DNA of 35,325 nucleotides from Acidobacteriota bacterium (GCA_050114655.1 JASFRZ010000003.1:1-35325), one strand, 5' to 3'. Positions 8,837-18,358 are shown, counted from the stretch's first letter. Translations and numbers: made by a program. The notes: generated by a model not told the origin, from the sequence alone.

Positions 8837-10285
8837 TCATCGAATGTAGCCCAGCGCCCGCAGGCGGTGCAGCAGCAGCTCGTCGATGGGCGCCTGCGGC
8901 GCCACCCCGAGCGCATGCGCTCTGGCGACCCGCTCGGCGAGCTCGGTGAGCAGGGCCGCGAGCTGCTCGGGTCGCTGCTGTGCCAGGTTGTCGTGTTCGC
9001 CGGGGTCGGCCTGTAAGTCGAACAGCTTCGCCGCGCCGCCGTCGACCTCGACGATCGCCTTGTAGGGCCAGCGCAGCACCGCCTTGGTGGCCGGGCCGTA
9101 CAGCAGCCGCTCGGCAACGATGGTGCGCTGCCCGGCGCGCGCGACGCTGTCAGGGTCGAGCAAGGAAATACCCGGTAGGTTGCCGTCGGCGCCTGACGAC
9201 ATGGGGGCGGCAACTCCGGCTGCATCGAGCATCGTCGGAGCCACGTCGAGCAGCGACACCGGCGTGGAAGCCCGCCCCGCGCCGACCGCCGCGCCCCACA
9301 GGATCAGCGGCACGTGCAGCACTTCCTCGTACATCGAATGGCCGTGCTCGAAACCTCCGTGGTCGAACAACTCCTCGCCATGATCGGCGGTAAGCAGCAC
9401 CAGGCCGTCTTCGGTGACGCCGCGCTGTGACAACGCTTCCAGCAGGCGTTCGATCTGGGCGTCGACATAGGCGATCTCCTCGTCATAGGCGGCGCTGATG
9501 AAGTCGCGTTCCGCGGCGTCGATCCGAGCGGCGCGCCCCCTGATCGGCCACAGTGCCTCGACCGGTAGCTCGAAGTCGCCTTCGATCTCGCGGGTGAATC
9601 GACCGCCGAAGGGGGCAGGGGCGTCGTAGTCCAGGTGCGGGTCCATGAGATGCACCATGAGAAAGAACGGCTGGTCGTCGGGGCGCCCGTCGATCCACTC
9701 GAGCGCGCGGTCGATGACCTTGGCGGCGAGGCGCGCGCCGGCGTTGCCACCGTCGTCATGGTCATAGTGATCGAATCCGCGTCCGAAGCCGAAGTTCGGG
9801 TGGAGAAAAGGATTGGCGACGAACCCGGCGGTGGCGAAGCCGGCGCCACGGAGCATCGCGGCGAGCGTCGGCACGCTTTCGGGCAGGATGACGAAGTTGT
9901 GTCCCTCGACGCCCCTGAACGCCAGCGCCGAGTCGCTCTCCACTTCGATCCCGGCGCCGTGTGCCGATGGCAGGTAGCCGGTGAAGATCGACCCGAAGCT
10001 CGGCAGGGTCCACGAGGAGGCTGACCATGCCTGCTCGTACACCAGGCCGCTCTCGGCCCAGCGATCGATGTTGGGCGCGGTGGGTCGGCGCCGGTAGCCG
10101 TAGGTGCCCAGATGATCGGCACGCAGGGCGTCGACGATGATCAACACCACCGGGCCGTGCTGCCGCGCGGGCGCAGCGGAATCCTCCCGGCTCGACGCGC
10201 ATCCCCCGGTCGTCACCACGGCGACACACAATACGAGCGCGACCCGGACACGTCTCACGGCCCGCTGCTCCCCGAATGGGCGCAT
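8837..10285 (-). CDS. Sulfatase-like (alkaline phosphatase superfamily) lipoprotein, Thr-type active-site motif
   Basis: Lipobox-like TGGC; VDALRADHLGTYGY; SWTLPSFGSIFTG; HLMDPH; TADHGEE; EHGH; C-terminus RLRALGYIR. ATG 10285 chosen. Confidence 0.85.
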   Translation of the reverse strand: MRPFGEQRAVRRVRVALVLCVAVVTTGGCASSREDSAAPARQHGPVVLIIVDALRADHLGTYGYRRRPTAPNIDRWAESGLVYEQAWSASSWTLPSFGSIFTGYLPSAHGAGIEVESDSALAFRGVEGHNFVILPESVPTLAAMLRGAGFATAGFVANPFLHPNFGFGRGFDHYDHDDGGNAGARLAAKVIDRALEWIDGRPDDQPFFLMVHLMDPHLDYDAPAPFGGRFTREIEGDFELPVEALWPIRGRAARIDAAERDFISAAYDEEIAYVDAQIERLLEALSQRGVTEDGLVLLTADHGEELFDHGGFEHGHSMYEEVLHVPLILWGAAVGAGRASTPVSLLDVAPTMLDAAGVAAPMSSGADGNLPGISLLDPDSVARAGQRTIVAERLLYGPATKAVLRWPYKAIVEVDGGAAKLFDLQADPGEHDNLAQQRPEQLAALLTELAERVARAHALGVAPQAPIDELLLHRLRALGYIR

Positions 10286-10310
10286 GTCGTGGCCGGCGAG
10301 GCCGAGCCCA

Positions 10311-11531
10311 CTACCAGACCTCTTCGAGCACCCGCACGATGTTGTCGCCCATGACCTTGGCGATGTCTTCGTCGCTGTACTCGTGCGCCACCAGCCAGCG
10401 CAGGATGTTCTTGGAGCCCTCGGTGGGGTTCTCGATGCCGCGCACGTACTCGACCCTCTCGAAGCCCGTGGGGGCGCTCTTCCGCTTGCCACCGGCGTGC
10501 GACTCGTCGATCGACAGCGCGGCGGCGTACACGCCGTGCAGGCCGACGTGGTCCCCATACAGCGTGTCGGGGCCGAAGGCGACGTAGTCGATGCCGACCA
10601 GGTCGCGCACGTACTCGAAGTGCTCCATGAACGACTCGATGTCGTGGCGCGGGTGCTTGGCGGTGATGGTGGTGTGGGGCGCCGCTTCGATGCCGATCAC
10701 GCCGCCCTTGCCGGCGACCGCCTTGATGACCTCGTCGGGCGCCAGGCGGTTGATGCCCCACAGGGCGCGCGCGCCGGTGTGGGTGAGGAAGATCGGCTTG
10801 CTGGAGACCTCCGCAGTGTCCCGTGTGGTCTGATCGGAGGCGTGCGCGCAGTCGATCGCCATGCCGACCTCGTTCATGCGGCGCACCGCCTTGCGACCGA
10901 AGGAGGTCAGGCCGCCGTCGCGCGGCTCCTTCAACCCGGTGCCGAGGGCATTGGACTCGCTGTAGGTGATCCCCAGCACCCGCAGGCCGATGCCGTAGAG
11001 GATCTCGATGCGATCGAGCTCGTTCTCGATCATCGCCGCGCCTTCCTGCGCCGGCACCAGCGCGATCTTGCCCTCACGGTGGGCGCGCGCGAAGTCGTCG
11101 ACCGACTCACAGCGGAAGATGAAGTCCTGGTGCGCAAGGTCGCACAGCCGCATGCCCATGTCGGTGATGACGTCGTCCCACTTCCAGCCGCTCTTGGAGT
11201 GGATCAGGGCGGTACCGTCCTGGAAGTTGTCGAACACGCCGTCCCAATAAGACTCGGCGAGCGCCGCGTAGCCGGCGTGGATGCGCGCCTCGCAGTCGTA
11301 GCCGCGCATCTGCGCCATGTCGGCGGGAAACAGGTGCGGGTGCTCGTGCAAAGAGATCATCACCAGCCGCTCGGTGAGCTCCTCGAAGCGCCGCTCCTGC
11401 TCATCGTCGAGCGGCACCACGTAGGGCTCGAACGGCGACAGCCCCTCGACGAGATCGAAATCGCGAAAGTCGCGCGTCTCGCGCAGGTAGTCCCAGGAGC
11501 GGTAGCCGGAGTACTTCTTGTTCCTGCCCAT
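10311..11531 (-). CDS. Membrane dipeptidase family protein (peptidase M19, amidohydrolase fold)
   Basis: SLHEH, QEG, DGGLTSFGRKAVRRMNEVGMAIDCAH, THTG, GIDYVAFGPD, KVMGDNIVRVL. GGAGG RBS before ATG 11531. Confidence 0.9.
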   Translation of the reverse strand: MGRNKKYSGYRSWDYLRETRDFRDFDLVEGLSPFEPYVVPLDDEQERRFEELTERLVMISLHEHPHLFPADMAQMRGYDCEARIHAGYAALAESYWDGVFDNFQDGTALIHSKSGWKWDDVITDMGMRLCDLAHQDFIFRCESVDDFARAHREGKIALVPAQEGAAMIENELDRIEILYGIGLRVLGITYSESNALGTGLKEPRDGGLTSFGRKAVRRMNEVGMAIDCAHASDQTTRDTAEVSSKPIFLTHTGARALWGINRLAPDEVIKAVAGKGGVIGIEAAPHTTITAKHPRHDIESFMEHFEYVRDLVGIDYVAFGPDTLYGDHVGLHGVYAAALSIDESHAGGKRKSAPTGFERVEYVRGIENPTEGSKNILRWLVAHEYSDEDIAKVMGDNIVRVLEEVW

Positions 11532-11764
11532 CGTCAAGCCTCCCTGTTGTGTAGCGGGCATCGGGCGCCGCGTCGCCGGCGACGGCCCGAAGCTCATCGC
11601 CGCGCCGACCGACGCTGATCATACCGTTCGAGCAAGGGGTGACCGCGCTGCGATCGCCGACGTCTCCTTCATCTACACTCTGTCTCTGTCTCGCGGTTTC
11701 CGCAGCTTCATCCAAGGCGCGCGACGATCGTGAAGGAGACGACATCGAGCAGGCAGGACGATCC

Positions 11765-13429
11765 ATGAACGGGACCGCCGAACGGCTCGGCGCGGACGCC
11801 TCCGGCATTGAACGGGCGCCGTGGCTGATGGCGTGGGCGCTCCTGTGCGGGTTCCTCCTCGTTGCCCTGGTGACCACCTTGGCGCTTGCGGATGCCCGTT
11901 TCGCGTTCACCGGCGACAACGCGACGCTCGAGATCCGGGTCATGGAAGCCCTCCGCGGGCAGCAGTTGCTGGGAGCGTATTCCCGCTACGGGTGGAGTCA
12001 CCCCGGCCCGCTGTATCTCTACCTCCTGGCTCCGTTCTATGCGCTGGGGGGCCGAACGACCCTGAGCCTTTCCCTCGCCGCTCTCTCCATCAATTCCGTC
12101 GCATTGGTGTGGCTTGTCGCGACCCTCGGTCGCCTGTCACGCACGAGCGTGACGCGCGCCGTCGTCTTCATCATGTTCGGTTCGTTTCTTCTCGTGTTTC
12201 GCAATTCCGAGCTGATCGTCGCCCCCCTTTCTTCGATCTGGAATCCCGACATCGCGGTGCTACCGTTCGGTGTGCTGGTGGTGGCGGCGTCTCTGCTGGG
12301 CAGCGGCCGTCTCGCCATGTTCCCTGTCGTCGTCGTTGCGCACGCCTTCGTGACCCAGGCGCACGTCGGCTTCGCGATGCCGGCCAGCCTGGCGGCCGTT
12401 GTCGGAATCGCGTGGGCGCTTACCGGGCAGCGGGCACCGTCGCGATCTCCGGACGCTTCCTTTCGGCGCAGGCGCCTGTGGCTGGGGGTCGGCCTGTCGC
12501 TGGGTACGCTGTGCTGGGCGCCTCCCGCGGTCGACATGCTGTGGGGCAGCCGCAACCTCTTCGAGCTCTTCAAGTTCTTCCTGACCGGCGCTCACCCGGG
12601 AGCGCCCTGGTCCGTTGCACTCGAGCACGCCAGCACCCGCCTGACGGAGCCGCTGCTGCCGTTCGCGGACATTGCAGTAAGCAGCGACTCCTGGATGATT
12701 GCGCGCGACCTTCTCGCCCTGCTGCTGATTGGAGGATTGGTGTCCGCCGTCTGGAGAGCTCGCGAGGTCGGTGCTCGCTTCGAGCTGGTGTTCGCCTCGA
12801 TGATGCTTCTCCAGTTGGTGGCGCTGCCGTTCGTGCTGGTGCAGCTCGGTGACCGGGACCCGCGATACCTTTCGGAATGGGTCTTGATGTCATCGACGCT
12901 AGCCGTCATCGCGGTTGCCATGGCGTGGTTCACCGTTCCGATGCAGCGTCGCCGTTCGGCGCTGGTTGCCGGCGTTGCGGTGCTGTTGCTGTCGGTCGGG
13001 CTCGCGGCCCAGGTCTACCGGAATGTCCGTCGCCTGCCCGCCGTGCGGGACCGATACCGGCGGATCACGGCCGAGACCGTCAGCTTCGCCGACGCGGTGG
13101 CGCCTCAACTGGGTTCGAGAGCTGCGACCGTTGTCGCCGCGGACGAGTCGGCGTTGTCGATGGCCGCCGGGGTGGTCTGCCTGCTCTCCAAGCGTGGGTT
13201 CGACCTGGAGCTGCAGGACACACCGCGGATGCGCAGCCTGTTCGGCACAGGGTTCGCGTACCGGGCGTCATCGCCGGCCTGGATCTTCTTCGCGGACTCG
13301 CGCCACCCCGAGGGTGAGTTGCTGGCGCGCGGCGAGAGAATTCGGATCTACCGGCTCCCCCCCGACGGCCCTTCCCCAGCCCCGTCGTCCGATGGAGCGT
13401 CGACCTCCTCCGAACCGCCGCTCAGGTAG
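11765..13429 (+). CDS. Polytopic membrane protein, GT-C-like (ArnT/PMT-type) glycosyltransferase
   Basis: First-loop GD motif (FTGDNA), HPGPLYLYLLAPFY, IWNP, many TM segments and a soluble C-terminus. AGGA before ATG 11765. Confidence 0.65.
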   Translation: MNGTAERLGADASGIERAPWLMAWALLCGFLLVALVTTLALADARFAFTGDNATLEIRVMEALRGQQLLGAYSRYGWSHPGPLYLYLLAPFYALGGRTTLSLSLAALSINSVALVWLVATLGRLSRTSVTRAVVFIMFGSFLLVFRNSELIVAPLSSIWNPDIAVLPFGVLVVAASLLGSGRLAMFPVVVVAHAFVTQAHVGFAMPASLAAVVGIAWALTGQRAPSRSPDASFRRRRLWLGVGLSLGTLCWAPPAVDMLWGSRNLFELFKFFLTGAHPGAPWSVALEHASTRLTEPLLPFADIAVSSDSWMIARDLLALLLIGGLVSAVWRAREVGARFELVFASMMLLQLVALPFVLVQLGDRDPRYLSEWVLMSSTLAVIAVAMAWFTVPMQRRRSALVAGVAVLLLSVGLAAQVYRNVRRLPAVRDRYRRITAETVSFADAVAPQLGSRAATVVAADESALSMAAGVVCLLSKRGFDLELQDTPRMRSLFGTGFAYRASSPAWIFFADSRHPEGELLARGERIRIYRLPPDGPSPAPSSDGASTSSEPPLR

Positions 13430-14802
13430 CCGAGCGCGCGCAGCCGCTCAACGGCGTCGTCGTCAAGCTCCGCGTCGCGCGTCTCCGCGTCTCCTCGACG
13501 CGCTTCGCTCATCTCCGCCGACAGTACGCCGAGCAGCTCGCGCAGCTTGTCGGGGCGCTCCGCCGCGAGGTCCTGCTTCTCGTCGGGGTCAGCGGACAGA
13601 TCGAAAAGCCTGGTTCCGCCGTCGACCACGTCGACGATCGCCTTGTAGGGCCAGACGATGACCGTCTTGGTCTCCGGCCCGTACAGCGCGCGCTCGGCGA
13701 TCAGCGGCCGCAGCGCGGGATCGTCGGCAACCATCAGCGATCGTCCGGACATCCCGGCCGGGGCAGCTTCGCCCGCCACACCCAAGACAGTGGTTGCAAG
13801 ATCGATCAGCGACACGGGCGTCGTCTCGCGCCCGACGCGCACTCCGGGCCCACTGATGATGAGGGGCACGCGCAGCACTTCGTCATACATCGAGTGGCCG
13901 TGCTCGAAGCCACCGTGCTCGAACAGCTCCTCGCCGTGATCCGCGGTGAGGATCAGCAGCGAGTCGCGCAGCCGGCCGCGCCTTTCGAGGCCGTCCAAGA
14001 GGTTGCCGAACTGCTCGTCGACGTAGGCGACCTCCTCATCGTAAGCGTCGCTGATGAACGCTCGCTCGACGCCCGACATATCGGGAATTCGGCTGCGGAT
14101 CTGTCGCACTCCGCTCACCGGAAGCTCGAAGCCCGTGGCGTCCGCGAATCGTCCCCGATAGGGCGGGGGCGCGTCGTACTCGAGGTGCGGGTCAAACATG
14201 TGGAGCAGCAGCAAGAAAGGTCGTTCGGCGTGGGAGTCGATCCAGGCGAGCGATGCGTCAACGACGGGGCCAGCGCGGCGCATGTCCTTCATACGGGCCT
14301 GATCGTAGTCGTAGTCGGTGAAGCCCCGATCGAGTCCGAATCCCGGATCGAGGAACGGATTGGTTACGAAGGCGCCGGTGGCATAGCCGGCCGCGCGAAG
14401 GACCTCTGCGACGGTCGGGACACCTTCGGCCAGCGTGACGAAGCTGCGTGTCGTGGCCACGTCGACGCCGGGGGCGAGCCCGTCGGCCTTGATACCTGCG
14501 GCGTGCGCCGTCGGCAGGCGACCGGTCAGGATCGAGCCGAACGACGGCAGCGTCCACGGTGAGGTCGCGTAGGCGCGCTCGAAAACGCGCCCGCCGGTCG
14601 ACCAGGCGTCAATTCGCGGAGAAGTCGCGCGCTCGTAGCCATAGATGCCGAGATGATCCGCACGCAAGGTGTCGACGACGACCAGGACGATCGACGTCGG
14701 ATTGCGCCGACCGCCGCCTGCGTTCGACGGATCATTGCACGCGAGGATGGTCATCAGGGCCGTGAGAGCAACTGCAAGCGGCTGGCTGCGCGGCTTCTTC
14801 AT
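13348..14802 (-). CDS. Sulfatase-like lipoprotein, paralog of 8837-10285
   Basis: MKKPRS...TILAC lipobox; VDTLRADHLGIYGY; PWTLPSFGSILTG; HMFDPH; TADHGEELFEHGGFEHGHSMY; RLRALGYL. The 3' end overlaps the convergent gene by 82 bp. Confidence 0.85.
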   Translation of the reverse strand: MKKPRSQPLAVALTALMTILACNDPSNAGGGRRNPTSIVLVVVDTLRADHLGIYGYERATSPRIDAWSTGGRVFERAYATSPWTLPSFGSILTGRLPTAHAAGIKADGLAPGVDVATTRSFVTLAEGVPTVAEVLRAAGYATGAFVTNPFLDPGFGLDRGFTDYDYDQARMKDMRRAGPVVDASLAWIDSHAERPFLLLLHMFDPHLEYDAPPPYRGRFADATGFELPVSGVRQIRSRIPDMSGVERAFISDAYDEEVAYVDEQFGNLLDGLERRGRLRDSLLILTADHGEELFEHGGFEHGHSMYDEVLRVPLIISGPGVRVGRETTPVSLIDLATTVLGVAGEAAPAGMSGRSLMVADDPALRPLIAERALYGPETKTVIVWPYKAIVDVVDGGTRLFDLSADPDEKQDLAAERPDKLRELLGVLSAEMSEARRGDAETRDAELDDDAVERLRALGYLSGGSEEVDAPSDDGAGEGPSGGSR

Positions 14803-14985
14803 GGAGGAGACCCGGGGTCGGTGGGCAGCGTCTCGAAGACCGCCCATGATACAGGGCGGTTGGAGCCTCTCCGGGTATCGGCCGTGTTGACACCCCCCGC
14901 ATTCGTGACCCAGACTGCACCCATCGAAGGACACCCGGTTTCTCTCCGGCCTTTCCCGGGCCGGGCACTGCAGGAGACGGTCACC

Positions 14986-17900
14986 GTGCGCACGCGCTCG
15001 TTTCGTCTTGCCCTCTTCCCGGTCGCCTTCGCGGCCTCTCTCTCCCTCGTCGGCCCCGTAGCTCCTGCCGCCCCGGCCTTCCCGGCCGCTCCTCCGGCGC
15101 TGGCAGCTCCGGCCGCTCCCGCCCCGGCTGCCGCGGCAGCTCCCGCCGCGCCCCAATCGCCCGACATGTGGGCCGACATGCACTGGCGCTCGATCGGCCC
15201 GCCGCGCGCCGGGCGCACGCGCGCGCTCGACGGCGTGCCGAGCCAGCCGAACGTCTTCTACATCGGCTTCGACAACGGCGGCGTGTGGCGCTCGACCGAC
15301 TACGGTTCGACCTGGGTGCCGCTATTCGACGACCAGCCCTCCGGCTCGATCGGCGCCATCGCGGTGGCGCCGTCCGATCCCGACATCATCTACGTCGGCA
15401 CCGGCGCCGGCATCATCCGCCCCGACCTGTCCACCGGCGACGGTATGTACAAGTCGACCGATGCCGGCGCCACCTGGACGCACCTCGGGCTGCGCGACAG
15501 CCAGATGATCGCCGACATCGTCGTCGATCCGAACGACCCCGACCGACTGTTCGTCGGGGCGCTCGGCCACCCGTACGGCCCCAACGAGGAGCGCGGCATC
15601 TTCCGCTCGACCGACGGCGGCGCCACCTTCGAGAAGGTGCTGTACCGCGACGAGTACACCAGCGGCAACGACCTGCTGCTCGATCCCTCCGACCCGAACA
15701 CGGTGTACGCGACGCTGTGGCAGCAGCAGCAGAGCTTCCGCGAGAGCGGCGAGTTCGGCGGCTCGGGCAACGGCATCTTCAAGTCCACCGACGGCGGCAC
15801 GACGTGGCGGCCGCTGACCGAGGGGCTGCCGAGCGTCATCGAGGCCAACCTGGCGGCGGCGCCCTCGAACCCGCGCATCCTGTACGCCATGGTCGCCGGC
15901 ACGCGCCGGCCGGAACCCGGCGAGGGCCCGGGCCGGGACGGCGGCACCACCGGGACCGTCGGGCTGTACCGCTCTGACGACGCCGGCGAGCACTGGATCG
16001 CGGTCGACGTGCCCGCCGGCCCGATGCCGGAGCCCACGGCGCACGTCGACACCCGTCCGCTGCGGCGCATCGGCGGCGGCGACCTGCCCACCATCGCGGT
16101 CGATCCGACCGACCCCGACGTGCTGTACAGCGCCACCGTGGTGATGTGGCGCAGCGACGACGGTGGCGTGCACTGGTCGGCGGTGCGCGGCGCCTACGGC
16201 GGCGACGACTACCAGAAGATCTGGATCAATCCGAACGACAACAAGATCATCCTGGCGGTGTCCGACCAGGGCGCGGTGATCTCCGCCAACCGCGGTGAGT
16301 CGTGGAGCAACTGGTACACGCAGCCGACCGCGGCCATGTACCACGTCACCGCCGACAACGACTTTCCCTACCGCCTGTGCGGCGGCCAGCAGGACTCCGG
16401 GTCGGCGTGCGTCAAGAGCCGTTCCGACGACGGCATGATCACCTTCCACGACTGGCACCCGGTGCAGATCCAGGAGTACGGCATCGCCGCGCCCGATCCG
16501 CGCGACCCGGACATGGTCTACGGCAGCTCGCGCTCCGACGTGTCGGTGTACAACCGCCGCACGGGGCAGAACTACAACGTCGGCCCCGACATGGGACCGC
16601 GCGGCGGCCCGTACAACCGCAACGTGCGCACCATGCCGCTGCAGTGGTCGCCGGTCGATCCGGACCTGCTGTTCTACACCTCCAACGCGGTATGGAAGAC
16701 GACCGATCGCGGTTACACCTGGAGCCGCATCAGCCCCGACCTGTCGCGCCAGAGCTGGCAGGTGCCGGCCACCGCCGGAAAGTACGGCGACAGCGTCGAT
16801 GTGTCGCCGCAGGGGACCATCACCGCGCTGTCGCCCTCGCCCCGCGACGTCGACATCCTGTGGGCCGGCACCGACGACGGCAACATCCAGGTGACCATGG
16901 ACGGCGGCGCGAGCTGGCAAGACGTGACGCCGCCGCAGATCGAGCCGTGGACGCGCATCTTCAACATCGAGGCCGGCCACTTCGATGACGGCACCGCCTA
17001 CGCCGCCGCCAACACCATGCGCATCGATGACATGAACCCGCACTTCTGGCGCACGCACGACGGCGGCGCGACGTGGACGGAGATCAACACAGGGATCGCC
17101 CCCGGCGCGGTGGCCAACTCGATCCGCGAGGATCCGCGCAAGCCCGGCCTGCTGTTCGCCGCCACCGAGACCCAGGTGTGGGTGTCGTTCGACGACGGCG
17201 ATCACTGGCACTCGCTGCGCCTCGACATGCCGGCCGTCTCGGTGCGTGACATCCAGGTCAAGGACGACGACACCTGCCTGTGCTCCGATCTGGTCGCCGG
17301 CACCCACGGCCGCGGCTTCTGGATCCTCGACGACATCACCCCGTTCCGCCAGATGGCGGAGGCGCAGGCGGCGTCCGTCGCCTGGTTATTCGAGCCCGCC
17401 ACGGCGGTGCGGGTGCGTTTCGGCATGAACGATCCGACCGAGTGGACCCCGGAACTGCCGCACGGCGAGAACCCGCCGCCCGGCGGGCTGATCGACTACT
17501 GGTTGCCGCGCGACGCGAGCGGGCCGATCACGCTCGAGGTGCTCGACGCCGACGGCACGGTGATCCGCAACTACTCCAGCGACGACCCGGTGCTCGAGCC
17601 CGATCCGGCGCTCGATCTCGAGGGGTACGACGCGATCTGCCGCGAAGACCCCGGCGCGCCCAACTGCAACGTGCCGCTGTACTGGCCGGCGCCGCAGATG
17701 GTGCTGTCTACACGCGCCGGCATGCATCGCTTTTCCTGGGACCTGCACTACGAGCCCCTCGGTGAGGAGCCGCGCGCGGCGAGCAGCCGCGGCGCAGTGC
17801 CCGGCCACAGCTACCCGCAGGTGAACGCGCCGTGGGCGGCGCCGGGTGAGTACACCGTGCGCCTCACCGTCAACGGCCAGAGCTTCACCCAGCCGCTGTC

Positions 17901-18330
17901 GTTGCGCCTCGATCCGCGCGTGGAGACGCCCGCCGCTGACCTCGAGCGCCTGGCCACGCTCTCGCGGGAGATGTACGACGACGCCGTCGCCGCCAACGCC
18001 GCCTACGAGCAGGCACGCGCGCGGATCGCCGAACTGGGCAACGATCCCGCCGGTGCCGCACTGCGCGATCAGCTCGAAGAGCTGGCGCCGGCGCCGCGCG
18101 GAGGCGGCCGCGGGGGCCGCGGCTTCGGCTTCCGTGGCGGGACGCCGTCGGGCCCACCGACCCTCAACGGCGTGAGCAGCGCCCTGATGAGCGCCGCCAT
18201 GTCGATGCAGGACGCCGAGGTCGCCCCGACGAGACGCCAGCTCGAGGCCTGCAGAGCCGCCCGCGAGCAGTACGAGGAGGTCATACAGCGGTGGCGGGCG
18301 CTGGGAATGGAGGCGCCCGCCCGCCGGTGA
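14986..18330 (+). CDS. Secreted VPS10/sortilin-like BNR/Asp-box repeat protein (often annotated as glycosyl hydrolase)
   Basis: AGGAG RBS and GTG at 14986; signal peptide; Ala/Pro linker; WRSIGP..GR start; about 11 Asp-boxes (STDYGSTW, STDAGATW, STDGGATF, STDGGTTW, SDDAGEHW, SDDGGVHW, SANRGESW, TTDRGYTW, TMDGGASW, THDGGATW, SFDDGDHW); GTHGRG; C-terminal PGEYTVRL beta domain and helical tail. Confidence 0.9.
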   Translation: MRTRSFRLALFPVAFAASLSLVGPVAPAAPAFPAAPPALAAPAAPAPAAAAAPAAPQSPDMWADMHWRSIGPPRAGRTRALDGVPSQPNVFYIGFDNGGVWRSTDYGSTWVPLFDDQPSGSIGAIAVAPSDPDIIYVGTGAGIIRPDLSTGDGMYKSTDAGATWTHLGLRDSQMIADIVVDPNDPDRLFVGALGHPYGPNEERGIFRSTDGGATFEKVLYRDEYTSGNDLLLDPSDPNTVYATLWQQQQSFRESGEFGGSGNGIFKSTDGGTTWRPLTEGLPSVIEANLAAAPSNPRILYAMVAGTRRPEPGEGPGRDGGTTGTVGLYRSDDAGEHWIAVDVPAGPMPEPTAHVDTRPLRRIGGGDLPTIAVDPTDPDVLYSATVVMWRSDDGGVHWSAVRGAYGGDDYQKIWINPNDNKIILAVSDQGAVISANRGESWSNWYTQPTAAMYHVTADNDFPYRLCGGQQDSGSACVKSRSDDGMITFHDWHPVQIQEYGIAAPDPRDPDMVYGSSRSDVSVYNRRTGQNYNVGPDMGPRGGPYNRNVRTMPLQWSPVDPDLLFYTSNAVWKTTDRGYTWSRISPDLSRQSWQVPATAGKYGDSVDVSPQGTITALSPSPRDVDILWAGTDDGNIQVTMDGGASWQDVTPPQIEPWTRIFNIEAGHFDDGTAYAAANTMRIDDMNPHFWRTHDGGATWTEINTGIAPGAVANSIREDPRKPGLLFAATETQVWVSFDDGDHWHSLRLDMPAVSVRDIQVKDDDTCLCSDLVAGTHGRGFWILDDITPFRQMAEAQAASVAWLFEPATAVRVRFGMNDPTEWTPELPHGENPPPGGLIDYWLPRDASGPITLEVLDADGTVIRNYSSDDPVLEPDPALDLEGYDAICREDPGAPNCNVPLYWPAPQMVLSTRAGMHRFSWDLHYEPLGEEPRAASSRGAVPGHSYPQVNAPWAAPGEYTVRLTVNGQSFTQPLSLRLDPRVETPAADLERLATLSREMYDDAVAANAAYEQARARIAELGNDPAGAALRDQLEELAPAPRGGGRGGRGFGFRGGTPSGPPTLNGVSSALMSAAMSMQDAEVAPTRRQLEACRAAREQYEEVIQRWRALGMEAPARR

Positions 18331-18336
18331 GGCCCT

Positions 18337-18358
18337 CGCGCCTCGCCGTGAGGCCGCG
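18337..18358. terminator. Possible hairpin between convergent genes
   Basis: cgcgcctc-gccgt-gaggccgcg forms an imperfect stem just after the VPS10 stop. There is no U-tract. Confidence 0.25.

Noticed and set aside
15060-15153. GCC/CCG-rich quasi-repeat
   Set aside because: Explained by the Ala/Pro linker codons of the VPS10 protein.
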